Counted from the stretch's first letter, positions 36,549-46,063 are shown. The stretch is DNA of 52,690 nucleotides from a virus (IMGVR_UViG_3300031237_000006:1-52690), one strand, 5' to 3'. Numbers and translations are program-made. The notes: a model not told the origin generated them from the sequence alone.

Positions 36549-39085
36549 CAGCCGGTTACCCCCTGGCCCTGTGTACCCCCGCCGGCAATCTCTGACTGTG
36601 TCGGCGCTTCCGTCTGCATCTCAGGAGCCTCGCCGCCCATCGGCGCGCCAGCGCCCTGGCCCTTGTTCCCCATCATGGCCTGGAATTCCTGGCTGGCCTG
36701 GATCGCCATCTGCTTCTGCTGTTCCTGCATCGCGGCAGATTGAACTTGCTGGAGGTATTCCTTGACGAGCCCGAGGTTCATCCCGGCGACCCGGCCGAAG
36801 TCATCGCTCTGATACCACTTGGCGAAGGTCTCGAACGCGGCAATCGGCCCTTCGACGAAGTTCACGCCCGGAGGCATCTTGCCCTCGACAAGCATCGTGA
36901 TCGCGTCATTCGCGCTCATCGGCGGAGTATCCGGCGTCCCGGCCGGGCGCATGATATAGCGCTGTGGATCGAGCTGCGCCGAGTTGATCTTGTCCTTGGC
37001 CCACTGGTAGAACTGCTGAGGCCCGACAAGGCCCATCTGGAAGCTGAGCGGATTAAAGATCGCCTGACCGATCTCGGTCAACGACTGCGACATGATCCCC
37101 TTGTTCGTATTCAGCAACGTCGCGCCAAACTCGAAGTTGACCGGAGCCTGGATATCCTGGGGGCGCACATCCGCATAGGCCGCATCGCTATCCGGGTCTT
37201 TCCCTGTGATGAGGATGCGCTTACGATCAGGGAGGAACTTGGTATTCAGCATGTGGAACTGGGCGTAAACCTGTTGGAGCCAGTGAAAGAATCGGCGAAG
37301 GATCTGCTCCGGTAATGCCGCCCCCTGCTGTAGAATGGCCATCGTCGTACCGACCGTGCGAAGAGCGCTGGCCTTACCTTGCGGTACTTGGCCGAACTGG
37401 AGGCTCCCAACCTGGATCAGCCGTTCGCTCAACTGCTGAACCAGCCCGATCATGTTGAAGGACCATGACTGGTCGCTATGCGGGTATTGGACAGCAGCAG
37501 CGTCATCCTTCGGATTGTCTACAGGTATCCAGTCTCCGGGACGGGCTCGCATCTCTTCGGGTTTGATACCACTCGAAGCTCGATAGAGCATGACCGGCAA
37601 ATTAGCGATGTCACCCCGATCCAAGTTGGAGTTGAAAAGCTCGTGGAGCAAATCGTGCAAACCTTCGAGCACTTCGGGCACCGATAATCCGTAAATGCAG
37701 TCGGGCACTGGAATGAAACATTCATACCCAAACGGCCTCCATTGCGGTGATCCGGGGCATACTTCGCTCAGATATCGTGCCCGAGCACAAATCCCGTTCC
37801 CTTCTGATAGATCGAAGACGTGGGCGACGATCTCACACTCGTAGCCATCTGGGAGCGTATACGACCCGTACCACTCGACGAGATCAAGCCATTGCTTGTC
37901 CTCGTCCAGCCCGGACCAGTCGGCGTTCAGCCCGGCCTGTGCTTCTTTCTCTTCCTTGATCCGGTCCTCACCCTGCCGGGTGTCGGGAGCATGGCGGGTA
38001 TCAGCGTAGGCGATGAGTTTGTCCCAATCATCGTCAGTCAGCAGATCGTAGGTGCCATTCTCCTTGCGACGGTGGATCGTATCGAGATTGACACGGAGAC
38101 GGCGGGCGATCCACGGAGCCCCGTAGGGATTCTGGGGCGTAACCGGCTGCGGGTTCAGGGAGCGAAGTGGGAGGACGACATCCTCAAGCTGGTGAATGAT
38201 CGCCGTCGGGCCGTCGAACGTGACCGCATCCCAGCGCATCTCAATGTCGAGCTTGCCGTCCTCCCGGTCCCAAACCTCGATCTCGACTTCCTGATCCTGG
38301 CCCTCAGCGTCCTTCCACGTCCCGGTCCAGTTGTACCCGTCTGATGTTTCGTCAGTCAGGCTTTCGAGCCCGTCGATGATACTCGGCAGCGTATTGACGA
38401 GATAGAATGACAGGTCGACATCTTCAGGAGGTCCGGTGATGACTCGGACATCCGTCATCTTCCGGGAGTCCTTGACCCACGGCTGATACGAGAAGATCGT
38501 CCCGTCATCACAGAACTGCTGAACTGCCTGGCTGATCTTCTGCTCGCCGTCAGCTTCGTGCATCAGCTGGAACTCGATCAACTGGGACGCGGTGTCAGCC
38601 GCGTCAACCTTGTCACGGCGCAGTGCCTTACCCTGCATGATCGGCTTGTTGCCCATGACGGCGTTGAACAGCCCGGCCTGAATTCTGAGGCTGTTCGACA
38701 TGATCAACGGGACGTGCTCGTTGTGGGCGCCGTCCCACGGATACGTCTGCTTCTGCCGCCAGCCACGGAGCTTGGCATAGCGGATCAGGCGAAGTTCCAT
38801 CCAGTCCGCACGTTCATCCCGGGCGCGCTCGACGCTGTCGATGACCCGAGTCGCCAGCTTCTCTCGGTCTACCTTGAGCGAGCGACGGCGGCGCCGTGGC
38901 GCTTCATCGAGCGTTGACGTAGAATCCGGCTCGGGGGCCGTCGGGACAGATCCGTCCATCAACATCCCTGCCGAGGCCTGTTGCGCTGGCCCGCCGGGCA
39001 GGGGCGCAGGCTGCGGCGCCTGCCACGGCTGCTGAGGTGGCATGGGCACGCCGAACGGGAGACCGCCGGGGCCGAGTTCAGCCAC
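36548..39085 (-). CDS. Portal protein (P22-like)
   Basis: PW.GA....VP, YG.SV.E.L..L, N..LD...AN.P, RT..T; 845 aa downstream of TerL. Confidence 0.88.
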   Translation of the reverse strand: MAELGPGGLPFGVPMPPQQPWQAPQPAPLPGGPAQQASAGMLMDGSVPTAPEPDSTSTLDEAPRRRRRSLKVDREKLATRVIDSVERARDERADWMELRLIRYAKLRGWRQKQTYPWDGAHNEHVPLIMSNSLRIQAGLFNAVMGNKPIMQGKALRRDKVDAADTASQLIEFQLMHEADGEQKISQAVQQFCDDGTIFSYQPWVKDSRKMTDVRVITGPPEDVDLSFYLVNTLPSIIDGLESLTDETSDGYNWTGTWKDAEGQDQEVEIEVWDREDGKLDIEMRWDAVTFDGPTAIIHQLEDVVLPLRSLNPQPVTPQNPYGAPWIARRLRVNLDTIHRRKENGTYDLLTDDDWDKLIAYADTRHAPDTRQGEDRIKEEKEAQAGLNADWSGLDEDKQWLDLVEWYGSYTLPDGYECEIVAHVFDLSEGNGICARARYLSEVCPGSPQWRPFGYECFIPVPDCIYGLSVPEVLEGLHDLLHELFNSNLDRGDIANLPVMLYRASSGIKPEEMRARPGDWIPVDNPKDDAAAVQYPHSDQSWSFNMIGLVQQLSERLIQVGSLQFGQVPQGKASALRTVGTTMAILQQGAALPEQILRRFFHWLQQVYAQFHMLNTKFLPDRKRILITGKDPDSDAAYADVRPQDIQAPVNFEFGATLLNTNKGIMSQSLTEIGQAIFNPLSFQMGLVGPQQFYQWAKDKINSAQLDPQRYIMRPAGTPDTPPMSANDAITMLVEGKMPPGVNFVEGPIAAFETFAKWYQSDDFGRVAGMNLGLVKEYLQQVQSAAMQEQQKQMAIQASQEFQAMMGNKGQGAGAPMGGEAPEMQTEAPTQSEIAGGGTQGQGVTG

Positions 39086-39453
39086 TAGACCCTATTCGCT
39101 AGGACGTAGAAGGGAAGCCAGCGACACGGACGCCCAGCAGCGGTGACTTCACGCTCGATCTTGGGGCCGCTCACGACGTTGACGGAATGCACGAGCACGT
39201 AGAGGTCTTTCTGATGCTCACGTGGCTGAGCACAGAGCCAGAGCGTGACGTTCCGACCTGATTTGGGCTCTTTCTTCAGGTCATGGTCAAGGGAGAGGAC
39301 ATCCCATTCCTTCTCACGGGAGAGGAGTCGGATCGCCTCGTCAGGATCGTCGGTGAATACGAGTTCATCCGCGTCCTTGTACTGCTCCTTGAACCATTCG
39401 ATCCGCTTGGGGTCGTCTTCGACTACGAGAATGTTCCACAACCCAGTCGCCAC
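39085..39453 (-). CDS. Cyclic-phosphate-processing receiver (cREC-like) domain protein
   Basis: ILVVEDD..R, LSLDHDL, VHS.N..G. Confidence 0.85.
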   Translation of the reverse strand: MATGLWNILVVEDDPKRIEWFKEQYKDADELVFTDDPDEAIRLLSREKEWDVLSLDHDLKKEPKSGRNVTLWLCAQPREHQKDLYVLVHSVNVVSGPKIEREVTAAGRPCRWLPFYVLANRV

Positions 39454-39611
39454 TTAACCCCTCCCTGAAAGACCCCGGACGATATCTCGTCCTAATTCAC
39501 GGGCAAGTAATTCATCCAACGCCTGATCGGCAAACCACCAATATTCGCGTTCAGTCATGCCACCGTACTGTTCGACGAACTTACGCTCCAATACCTCAAT
39601 CCCTAGCTTCA

Positions 39612-39932
39612 TCAACCCCTCCTCATTCTGTTCCCACACGCGATACACGTCACGTTCGTCATCTGGCCTTTGACGTAAGGAGGCATGCCGTTGACCGGCT
39701 GGAGCACGCTGAAGTATATCCCTGCACGACCTTTCCATTCATGCTGCCAAACTTGATATCCAGGGACCTTGCAGTGCTCGCATACGACATCACCGTCGTG
39801 CTCATGCCTGCCGGAGCAGTGCTCGGGGCAGGAGGGATTCGGGATGTAGGGATACTCGACCTTCGGGACGGCAGGCATCGAATTGGGTAGATCGCCACCG
39901 TAGACTTCTTGCCAGGAAGGGAATGTTCTCAT
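39612..39932 (-). CDS. Cys-rich zinc-binding hypothetical protein
   Basis: CPEHC, CEHC, CIAC; ATGA coupling to TerL. Confidence 0.6.
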   Translation of the reverse strand: MRTFPSWQEVYGGDLPNSMPAVPKVEYPYIPNPSCPEHCSGRHEHDGDVVCEHCKVPGYQVWQHEWKGRAGIYFSVLQPVNGMPPYVKGQMTNVTCIACGNRMRRG

Positions 39933-41647
39933 CGAGCCCCTGACAGGATTGGCACGTGTCTCTCGCGCACAGGTCCGCGCACGTAACCTCCACCAACCGT
40001 GTACCGGCGATACGTTGGGGAGTCGAGAGCGAGATACCGGATCAGGTCAGGGAAGTCCTTCGCCTTGTCCCGGACCTTCTCCTTAGGCTCTTTGTCGCCA
40101 GTCCTGACGTGCTCATCCCAACTCCACGTTCGCATCCCTTTGATGAATCGCTGGCACGTATTGAACGCCCTGAACCTGGGTCTGCGGGTATTACGATCAG
40201 GCTTCAATAGCTCGTTTACGTTCTGGATGCCAGCATTGATCTCATCATTCGCAAGATCGCAGCGCAGACCCACGTCATCATACGCCCGGCGGATCGTCCA
40301 GCCACGGCCAAGCTTGTCATTCGTCTCGGTCGCAATGTTCGGGTCCATCAGCCGCTTGCGGACTAGGAAGCGATAGCGTGACTCAATATCGTCGATGACA
40401 CGCTTCACGTCAGCAGCGGTACCATCAGCTTCAGCTTCAGCGACTAGGACTACATCGTCAGAAGGCGTAATCGCAAACCAGCCAATCGCGTCTTTCTTCC
40501 TCGGATGTGGGTCGATGACCATGACGATGGGCCAATTATTCGGGACCGGATGCGGCTCGATGACATGCGTGAACGTCTCGATATCGTCGCTCTTACAGGT
40601 GACGCAATGACCGTCAACCGTGATGATTCGCTTCTGGCACTTGAAACACCAGACGCTCTCACCATCCGTGAACAGGGAGTAGATGACCCCGGACAGGTGC
40701 AGGAAGTTTCCGTGCATCCGGACTTCCCGCTGCTCATCGGTCAGCTTCGAGAGCAGCTCGGCAATCGCCTTCGGGTCGAGAATCGAGTTGTTCTCGGTAA
40801 ACAACCGGATGGTCTCGAATCCCAGCTTCTGTTTCAGGCCGGGTTCGTAGACTTCGTCGTAGAACCACGTCACGTCAGCCCGGCTCATCCCGATCTCGTC
40901 AGGCGGGGTGAAGGCGGTGTATGTCCGGCCTCGTACGTCTAGCGTACGCAGTCGATTCTCGCGATAGATGTCAGACGGCGGTAGCTCGTCATGACCGATC
41001 CAATGCATGCTCGAACCAGAGAACGCACTGAGATCCTGGTCGTAGCTGAGGAACTGGCAGGTTGAAGTGCCCTTAACGCTGCATGTGCTGCCGTCAGCTC
41101 CTGTCCAGTAGTTATCGACGGAGACGGACAGCGTGCGGTATTTCTCGGAGTAGGCTTTCTCCCAGGTTCCGCCTTTGAGGCAGTGCTGAGGAATCCAGCC
41201 CCAATGCCCTCGGCCCTCGTCGGGATCTCCCACGCCATTCCACTGATCCCACCGGAGCTTCGGCTTGATGACCGGCTCCAGCGTGTCAGTAAGACTGTTA
41301 CAGACAACCCGAGCACGGATAGGCAGAGCAGCCAGTTTCTCACGCGGGTAGCTCGACTGGAGTGACATCGGCACATGCCCGGTCATCCGAATGGCGAGTT
41401 CCGCCATCATCGTGTCAGTCTTACTGCTCCGGTTGCCTCCGACGATGGCGACTTCCCGGGCGAGAGTCTCATGAACCCGGCGAGCCATCGGGTTGGCGAG
41501 GTTGTAGTACGCGAGTTGATGTCTCTTCTTGTCCTCTTGATATTCTGCAAGGAACTGAGGAAGAAGATCAGGGTTAAGTTCCAGCTCAGCCCGTACTTGC
41601 TCAGGCGTAGCCTTCTTGACAAACTCAATAAACTCACCAGTATTCAC
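39929..41647 (-). CDS. terL: Terminase large subunit
   Basis: GGNRSSKT Walker A, IGHDELPP Walker B, FTP, R..G.F, IDPH RNase H Asp, D.PD..RY. Confidence 0.93.
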   Translation of the reverse strand: MNTGEFIEFVKKATPEQVRAELELNPDLLPQFLAEYQEDKKRHQLAYYNLANPMARRVHETLAREVAIVGGNRSSKTDTMMAELAIRMTGHVPMSLQSSYPREKLAALPIRARVVCNSLTDTLEPVIKPKLRWDQWNGVGDPDEGRGHWGWIPQHCLKGGTWEKAYSEKYRTLSVSVDNYWTGADGSTCSVKGTSTCQFLSYDQDLSAFSGSSMHWIGHDELPPSDIYRENRLRTLDVRGRTYTAFTPPDEIGMSRADVTWFYDEVYEPGLKQKLGFETIRLFTENNSILDPKAIAELLSKLTDEQREVRMHGNFLHLSGVIYSLFTDGESVWCFKCQKRIITVDGHCVTCKSDDIETFTHVIEPHPVPNNWPIVMVIDPHPRKKDAIGWFAITPSDDVVLVAEAEADGTAADVKRVIDDIESRYRFLVRKRLMDPNIATETNDKLGRGWTIRRAYDDVGLRCDLANDEINAGIQNVNELLKPDRNTRRPRFRAFNTCQRFIKGMRTWSWDEHVRTGDKEPKEKVRDKAKDFPDLIRYLALDSPTYRRYTVGGGYVRGPVRERHVPILSGAR

Positions 41648-44046
41648 TACGCGACGTACCCGAGTTGACGGAGGAGCGCATACAGGTCAATGCCGCCGGT
41701 ATTTCCAACTCCCGGCATATTAACTGGAGCGCCCTGAAGGTTCTGCTGAGCTGCGGCGATGATCTGGTCCGCATTCTGCGTCAAACCCTGTGTGCCCTCG
41801 ACAAACTGCCTGAGCTGCTGTAATACGGGGTCATTCGCCTGCTGCTCGGCAAGTTGACGCTGGTAATCCCCGGTGAAGAACTGGTTAAACCCGAGTGCAT
41901 TCTGGCCCTGTGCGCCACCGAAGAGTCCACGAAGCCCAGCTTCAAGCCCGCCGGGCTGGATACCCTGGAGCGCCGCCTGCGCCTCTGGAGACCACTGAGG
42001 CACGTTCCACGGGATCGTCCCGGCGTTCTGCGCGTTGATCAGATCCTGCTCGGACACCCCCTTGTACGGCTGGTAATTCGCAGCCAGCCAGGGGTTCATC
42101 TCCGTTGCCCCGCTGGTATACGAACCAGACTCAGGATCGACGTAGTAATTCCGGCTCCCGAACGTGCGAGCGGCGGTCTCCGGGGTAAACGCCCAGTCGC
42201 CACCACCCGGAGGTGCGGTCATTCCGGCGCCCTGGAGAATGTCCTGCGCCCGGAGACGACCGTAGTCCATCGCCTGGAACGACGGGCCGAGCTGGGACAT
42301 CAACGCGGATGACTGATTCGGCTGAAGGAACGACGGACCCATCGCCCCGCCCTGACCCTTCTCGACGATGGCTTCGTAGCCAGGGGACTTGCCAGTCCCC
42401 GTCGGATCGCCGCCCTGCCAGTTCCGCTGGAGTGTCTGGAGCTGTTGGTAGATCCTGGCCGCATCCTCGGGGGAGGTGGTCCCGCTCGCCAGCGGGTCCA
42501 TGATCCCAGGGGCGCCCTGCACATCGCTGAGCATCGTCGGCAAGCCCCGCTCGAACTGGCGGGCCATGAACTTCGTCTTCCGGGCTTCAGCGGCGGCTTC
42601 GAGCATCTGGTTGATCGTATCGACCGTCATGCCGATAGCCCACGGCGCAGCGACGATAGCGCCCGTCGCTCCTGCCCCTAGGCCGCCTAGAGCGGCACCT
42701 GAACCAGCGGGAGCAGCCGTAGCGCCTAGCGCCCCGCCTGTCCCAGCTGCGGTCACCCCTGCGCCAAGGCCAGCCGAGCCGCCGGCTGCGGGAGCTGCGG
42801 CGCCTGCCAGGTTGACGCCGAGAGCGCTCAACCCTTGGCCAGCAAGCCCTGACAGCGACGGCAGGTTGGTCCCGAGGAAGTAGTTAGCGAGGGGAGCCGC
42901 GCCAGCGTAGAGCCCAGCAGCGCCTCCTGCGGCCTGCATCGGATCACCCTGCTCGACCCCCTGGTAGAGCCCGTAGGCCCCGCCAAGCCCGCCCAGACCA
43001 GCACCGACAAGCCCGAGGCCCTGCGAGCCGAGACCGAGGTACTTGGACAGCGCCATGATCGTCTCAGGCGCCATCTGGGACAGCCCGCCGAGAGTCCCTG
43101 ACGCTCCACCGAGGAGAGCGCCAACGTCGCCAGTCTGGGCGCCTCCGTAGAGTGAATAGAGACCTTGGAGCGTACTGAGGCCGCCACCGAGGAGGTCTCC
43201 GGCGGGAGGAGCTTCTGGGCCTAGGGCGGTCGCTGCGGAGCCGCCCGGGGCAGTCAACATCGTCTCGTTAGCCCCAAGAGGCTCAGGAGCACTCGGGAGA
43301 AGCCCGCCTTTGCCACTCAGGTCTGGACCGGCAGGTGGGAGCGTCGGACCAGGTATCACTGGTCCTGGCTCCTGGAACAGCCCTAGGCCGGGCTTCTCTC
43401 CGGCATTGAAGACGGCAGGGAATGCTGGGAACGTCTGCCGTTCTCCCGCTCGCTGCTCCTGGACCGCAGGCTGCTGCATCTGCTGGCCCGGATCGAACGC
43501 GGTTCCGGTTCCCGGGCTGAACAGCCCGGCGATAGACTGCCCGGCGTCGAGGACATCACCTGCGCTGACTGTGAAGCCGCCACCGCCAGGCTCCTGACCG
43601 CCGACCATCTCGCCACCGCCAAACCCGCCCTGAATCGCGGCGGTCTGGGCCATCGGGAGCTGTAAGGACGGCAGGCTCAGCGCGCTGGGCTGGCTAGGCG
43701 GGGTGCCGAGAGGGGACTGCGACGCCGACTTCCCGAACGTCCCCTGCGCCAAGCCTCCGGTGATCGACTCCGGCGAGACGCCAGACGCTGACTCGAACGG
43801 GGACAGGCTGAACGCATTCTGGCCTTGCCCCTGGAAGAACTCGGGACCCTGGCTCTGATAGCCGAGCGTCTGGAGCGTCGTCGGAGGACCCTGCTGCTGG
43901 CCCCGGAGACCCTGAAGGCCAGGGAACTGGGCTAAGAGCGCCTCGATGATCTGCGGGTCCAGCTCAGGCGTCGAGGTAGCGCCGGACAACCCCCCAGGGC
44001 CGAAGAAGGCCACTAGGCAGGCTCCGGCAAGGAGCAGGTAGACCAT
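41647..44046 (-). CDS. Large Gly-rich protein with hydrophobic N-terminus (function unknown)
   Basis: 799 aa; long glycine-zipper central region. Confidence 0.7.
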   Translation of the reverse strand: MVYLLLAGACLVAFFGPGGLSGATSTPELDPQIIEALLAQFPGLQGLRGQQQGPPTTLQTLGYQSQGPEFFQGQGQNAFSLSPFESASGVSPESITGGLAQGTFGKSASQSPLGTPPSQPSALSLPSLQLPMAQTAAIQGGFGGGEMVGGQEPGGGGFTVSAGDVLDAGQSIAGLFSPGTGTAFDPGQQMQQPAVQEQRAGERQTFPAFPAVFNAGEKPGLGLFQEPGPVIPGPTLPPAGPDLSGKGGLLPSAPEPLGANETMLTAPGGSAATALGPEAPPAGDLLGGGLSTLQGLYSLYGGAQTGDVGALLGGASGTLGGLSQMAPETIMALSKYLGLGSQGLGLVGAGLGGLGGAYGLYQGVEQGDPMQAAGGAAGLYAGAAPLANYFLGTNLPSLSGLAGQGLSALGVNLAGAAAPAAGGSAGLGAGVTAAGTGGALGATAAPAGSGAALGGLGAGATGAIVAAPWAIGMTVDTINQMLEAAAEARKTKFMARQFERGLPTMLSDVQGAPGIMDPLASGTTSPEDAARIYQQLQTLQRNWQGGDPTGTGKSPGYEAIVEKGQGGAMGPSFLQPNQSSALMSQLGPSFQAMDYGRLRAQDILQGAGMTAPPGGGDWAFTPETAARTFGSRNYYVDPESGSYTSGATEMNPWLAANYQPYKGVSEQDLINAQNAGTIPWNVPQWSPEAQAALQGIQPGGLEAGLRGLFGGAQGQNALGFNQFFTGDYQRQLAEQQANDPVLQQLRQFVEGTQGLTQNADQIIAAAQQNLQGAPVNMPGVGNTGGIDLYALLRQLGYVA

Positions 44047-44067
44047 GGAGCCGAGCGTACTACCATG

Positions 44068-44244
44068 CTAGAACCACCTCAAGTAGAGATGAATCAGCGT
44101 CACAACACCCAAGACCCCGCCTACCGCGAACCCGATACCCAGAAGCATCCCAGCCCAGTCAGACTCGCGGAGGAACTCGTCCTGCGCCTGAGTCTGGAGG
44201 CGCTGGCGCTCAGCGCGCTCAGGGCCTGCGGAGCTTGTTGGCAT
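44068..44244 (-). CDS. Small protein with C-terminal TM helix
   Basis: MPTSSAG...WAGMLLGIGFAVGGVLGVVTLIHLYLRWF. Confidence 0.5.
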   Translation of the reverse strand: MPTSSAGPERAERQRLQTQAQDEFLRESDWAGMLLGIGFAVGGVLGVVTLIHLYLRWF

Positions 44245-44246
44245 AG

Positions 44247-44420
44247 TCAGGCGGAACGACCTTCTTGTGTCAGCGGGCTGACATGCAAGAGCCATTCGTC
44301 CGGCAAGAATCCAATCCATTCGACGGCCCCACACGCCTGGCATGAGATAGCGAGAATAGGCTGAGCGAGCGCAAATACCCGCCAATCTGACCGCTGACAT
44401 CGCCTGCACTCACTCGTCAT
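44247..44420 (-). CDS. Small zinc-ribbon protein (57 aa)
   Basis: CRRC...CQAC; TGATG coupling with the HNH gene. Confidence 0.55.
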   Translation of the reverse strand: MTSECRRCQRSDWRVFALAQPILAISCQACGAVEWIGFLPDEWLLHVSPLTQEGRSA

Positions 44421-44854
44421 CACCCACGCTCGCCGTTCTCGAAACTCTTGATAACATTACAGTTTGCACACAATCTTTGGAACTGTTCTGGGTGGTCGAT
44501 GATGCGCTTCCAGAAACGCTCTCCGTACTTACGATCAGGGTGATTCTTCCCAACTGGCGTCACATGATCTACCTGAAGTGCGCGGGCGTCATCAAAGCCA
44601 CACCTGACGCACTTATGTCCAAGTAAATCAAGCGCTTGCTGCTTCTTCTCCGCATGGCGAAGACGCCGCCATGCATACCGCTGAGCGGGAGTTACTCCCT
44701 TTGCCCATTTCAACAGGGCGGGGAGGCTACGGCCCCGTTTCCTCTTCAGGTACTCCTGCCCCCTGGGCGTGGCTAAGTACTTAATTTTCCTGGCGGATTC
44801 AGACACCTTTGTGGTTCCGCCCTGTACCCATGTGACTCCCTCGCCCATGCCCAC
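44420..44854 (-). CDS. HNH endonuclease next to the terminase genes
   Basis: LG.KC.RCG.DD..ALQVDH...Q.LCANCN..K. Confidence 0.85.
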   Translation of the reverse strand: MGMGEGVTWVQGGTTKVSESARKIKYLATPRGQEYLKRKRGRSLPALLKWAKGVTPAQRYAWRRLRHAEKKQQALDLLGHKCVRCGFDDARALQVDHVTPVGKNHPDRKYGERFWKRIIDHPEQFQRLCANCNVIKSFENGERG

Positions 44855-44974
44855 ACTCGGATGGCTGCCGACCTACCCCCTGCCTACTATGACTCATCAC
44901 CTGGCTAGTCAACATCCTACCTGGTATGCGCCATAACTAGCTGATACATAAGCAACTTAACATAAAATTCCTTA

Positions 44975-45388
44975 TCAGACGACATGGGACTTATTGCCTG
45001 ACTCGATGATCTGAGCGTTTTCAACCGATGCGAGCGGGTGAGTGACGGGTTCTACGCCTACTATGCTTGCTTCAGCATATTGTGCAGGTCTAAGCGCTCG
45101 TGCCAGCTTGTCCATCACATTACCAATATCGTGTCTGTGTGAGTGCAGGTGACCCGTAATCTCAGTTGGTCTGCCCTTCAGCAATAAGACCTTCTCTGTG
45201 CTGATACCACCAGCAACAGCCCAGCGTTGTGCGCTGGTCGCATCGCCAGACTCAACAGCCTGCGTCAGTCTGTCCTGAATCGCCAAGGCGTTATGTGACC
45301 ACTTGTACTCAAGGCCGTCTGTGACCGTGGCGATCTGGGCCTGCGTGGGCGGTCTCAGGGCAGGAAGGCTAGTCTTGGTCGGGATCAT
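44975..45388 (-). CDS. Putative terminase small subunit
   Basis: Helical; AV..GI..EK..LL.G.PT.I motif; start of the late operon. Confidence 0.55.
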   Translation of the reverse strand: MIPTKTSLPALRPPTQAQIATVTDGLEYKWSHNALAIQDRLTQAVESGDATSAQRWAVAGGISTEKVLLLKGRPTEITGHLHSHRHDIGNVMDKLARALRPAQYAEASIVGVEPVTHPLASVENAQIIESGNKSHVV

Positions 45389-45518
45389 AGTCCGCATACG
45401 GCCATGAGTCGTCTGGCGGCTCTGGCAGCTCAGGGAAGTCTTGCTCTCGCCTGGCGCGTTCTAAGCGCTTCAAGTCTAGGCTATCGAGTATCTGATCCAC
45501 GGTCGGTCGCGGAGGCAT
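45369..45518 (-). CDS. Small acidic protein (49 aa)
   Basis: MPPRPTVDQILDSLDLKRLERARREQDFPELPEPPDDSWPYADYDPDQD; directly after the leftward promoter. Confidence 0.5.
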   Translation of the reverse strand: MPPRPTVDQILDSLDLKRLERARREQDFPELPEPPDDSWPYADYDPDQD

Positions 45519-45535
45519 AGTAGGTCACTCAACGC

Positions 45536-45565
45536 ACCATAGCACACTTGACATGACGTGTCAAG
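45536..45565 (-). promoter_or_regulatory. Sigma70 late-operon promoter overlapped by a palindromic operator
   Basis: TTGACA-17-TATGGT with extended TG; palindrome CTTGACA-N5-TGTCAAG at 45547-45565. Confidence 0.7.
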
Positions 45566-45688
45566 CAAAATGTCTCGGGCATATTGTCTACGTGGTATAA
45601 TGGCATGCTCTGTGCTCATATGACACATTTCAGGACATTCTGACCAGGGTGTGTCAGTCAGACACAGGCAAAGAGTCTAGGTCATCGC

Positions 45689-45717
45689 ATATGACGTAGT
45701 ATGATATTACGTCATAT
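45689..45717. repeat. 29-bp near-perfect palindrome (operator/enhancer candidate)
   Basis: ATATGACGTA-GTATGATAT-TACGTCATAT. Confidence 0.8.
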
Positions 45718-45753
45718 CGTGTAGTTATAGCGCTGCCTATCTTCGTTGACGAC

Positions 45754-45770
45754 TGGCACCAGGATTGCTA
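45754..45770 (+). promoter_or_regulatory. Sigma54 (-24/-12) promoter upstream of the early operon
   Basis: TGGCAC-CAGGA-TTGCT, exact GG-N10-GC spacing. Confidence 0.65.
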
Positions 45771-45844
45771 TACATGAGGGAAACTAGTCAATCCGAGCGG
45801 CCCGAGGCCAGTAGCGGCCCACAGAGGCCAGAAGGAGACGAGAG

Positions 45845-46063
45845 ATGAGCAAGCTCATGGAGATTGAATACGAGACTCGTGACCTTGGCTATGGCTCCGA
45901 GAGAGGTCTGATCTACGGTTATCTCACGAATGACGTAGACACGTGGGGCAAGCGTACCGTCCGCGTGGTCAAGGCCGACGGTGACCTTGAGACGTGGTAC
46001 CTCTTCGAAGATGAGTACCGCGCCCGCTTTCTCGCGGCGTGCGGGGTGGAGGGTCAGTCATGA
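45845..46063 (+). CDS. Early hypothetical protein
   Basis: AAGGAG RBS; first gene of the rightward arm. Confidence 0.7.
   Translation: MSKLMEIEYETRDLGYGSERGLIYGYLTNDVDTWGKRTVRVVKADGDLETWYLFEDEYRARFLAACGVEGQS

Noticed and set aside
39929-41647. Intein or intron in TerL (Cys-rich insert CFKC...CVTC)
   Set aside because: The insert is a short zinc ribbon without intein splice motifs, and the ORF is uninterrupted.
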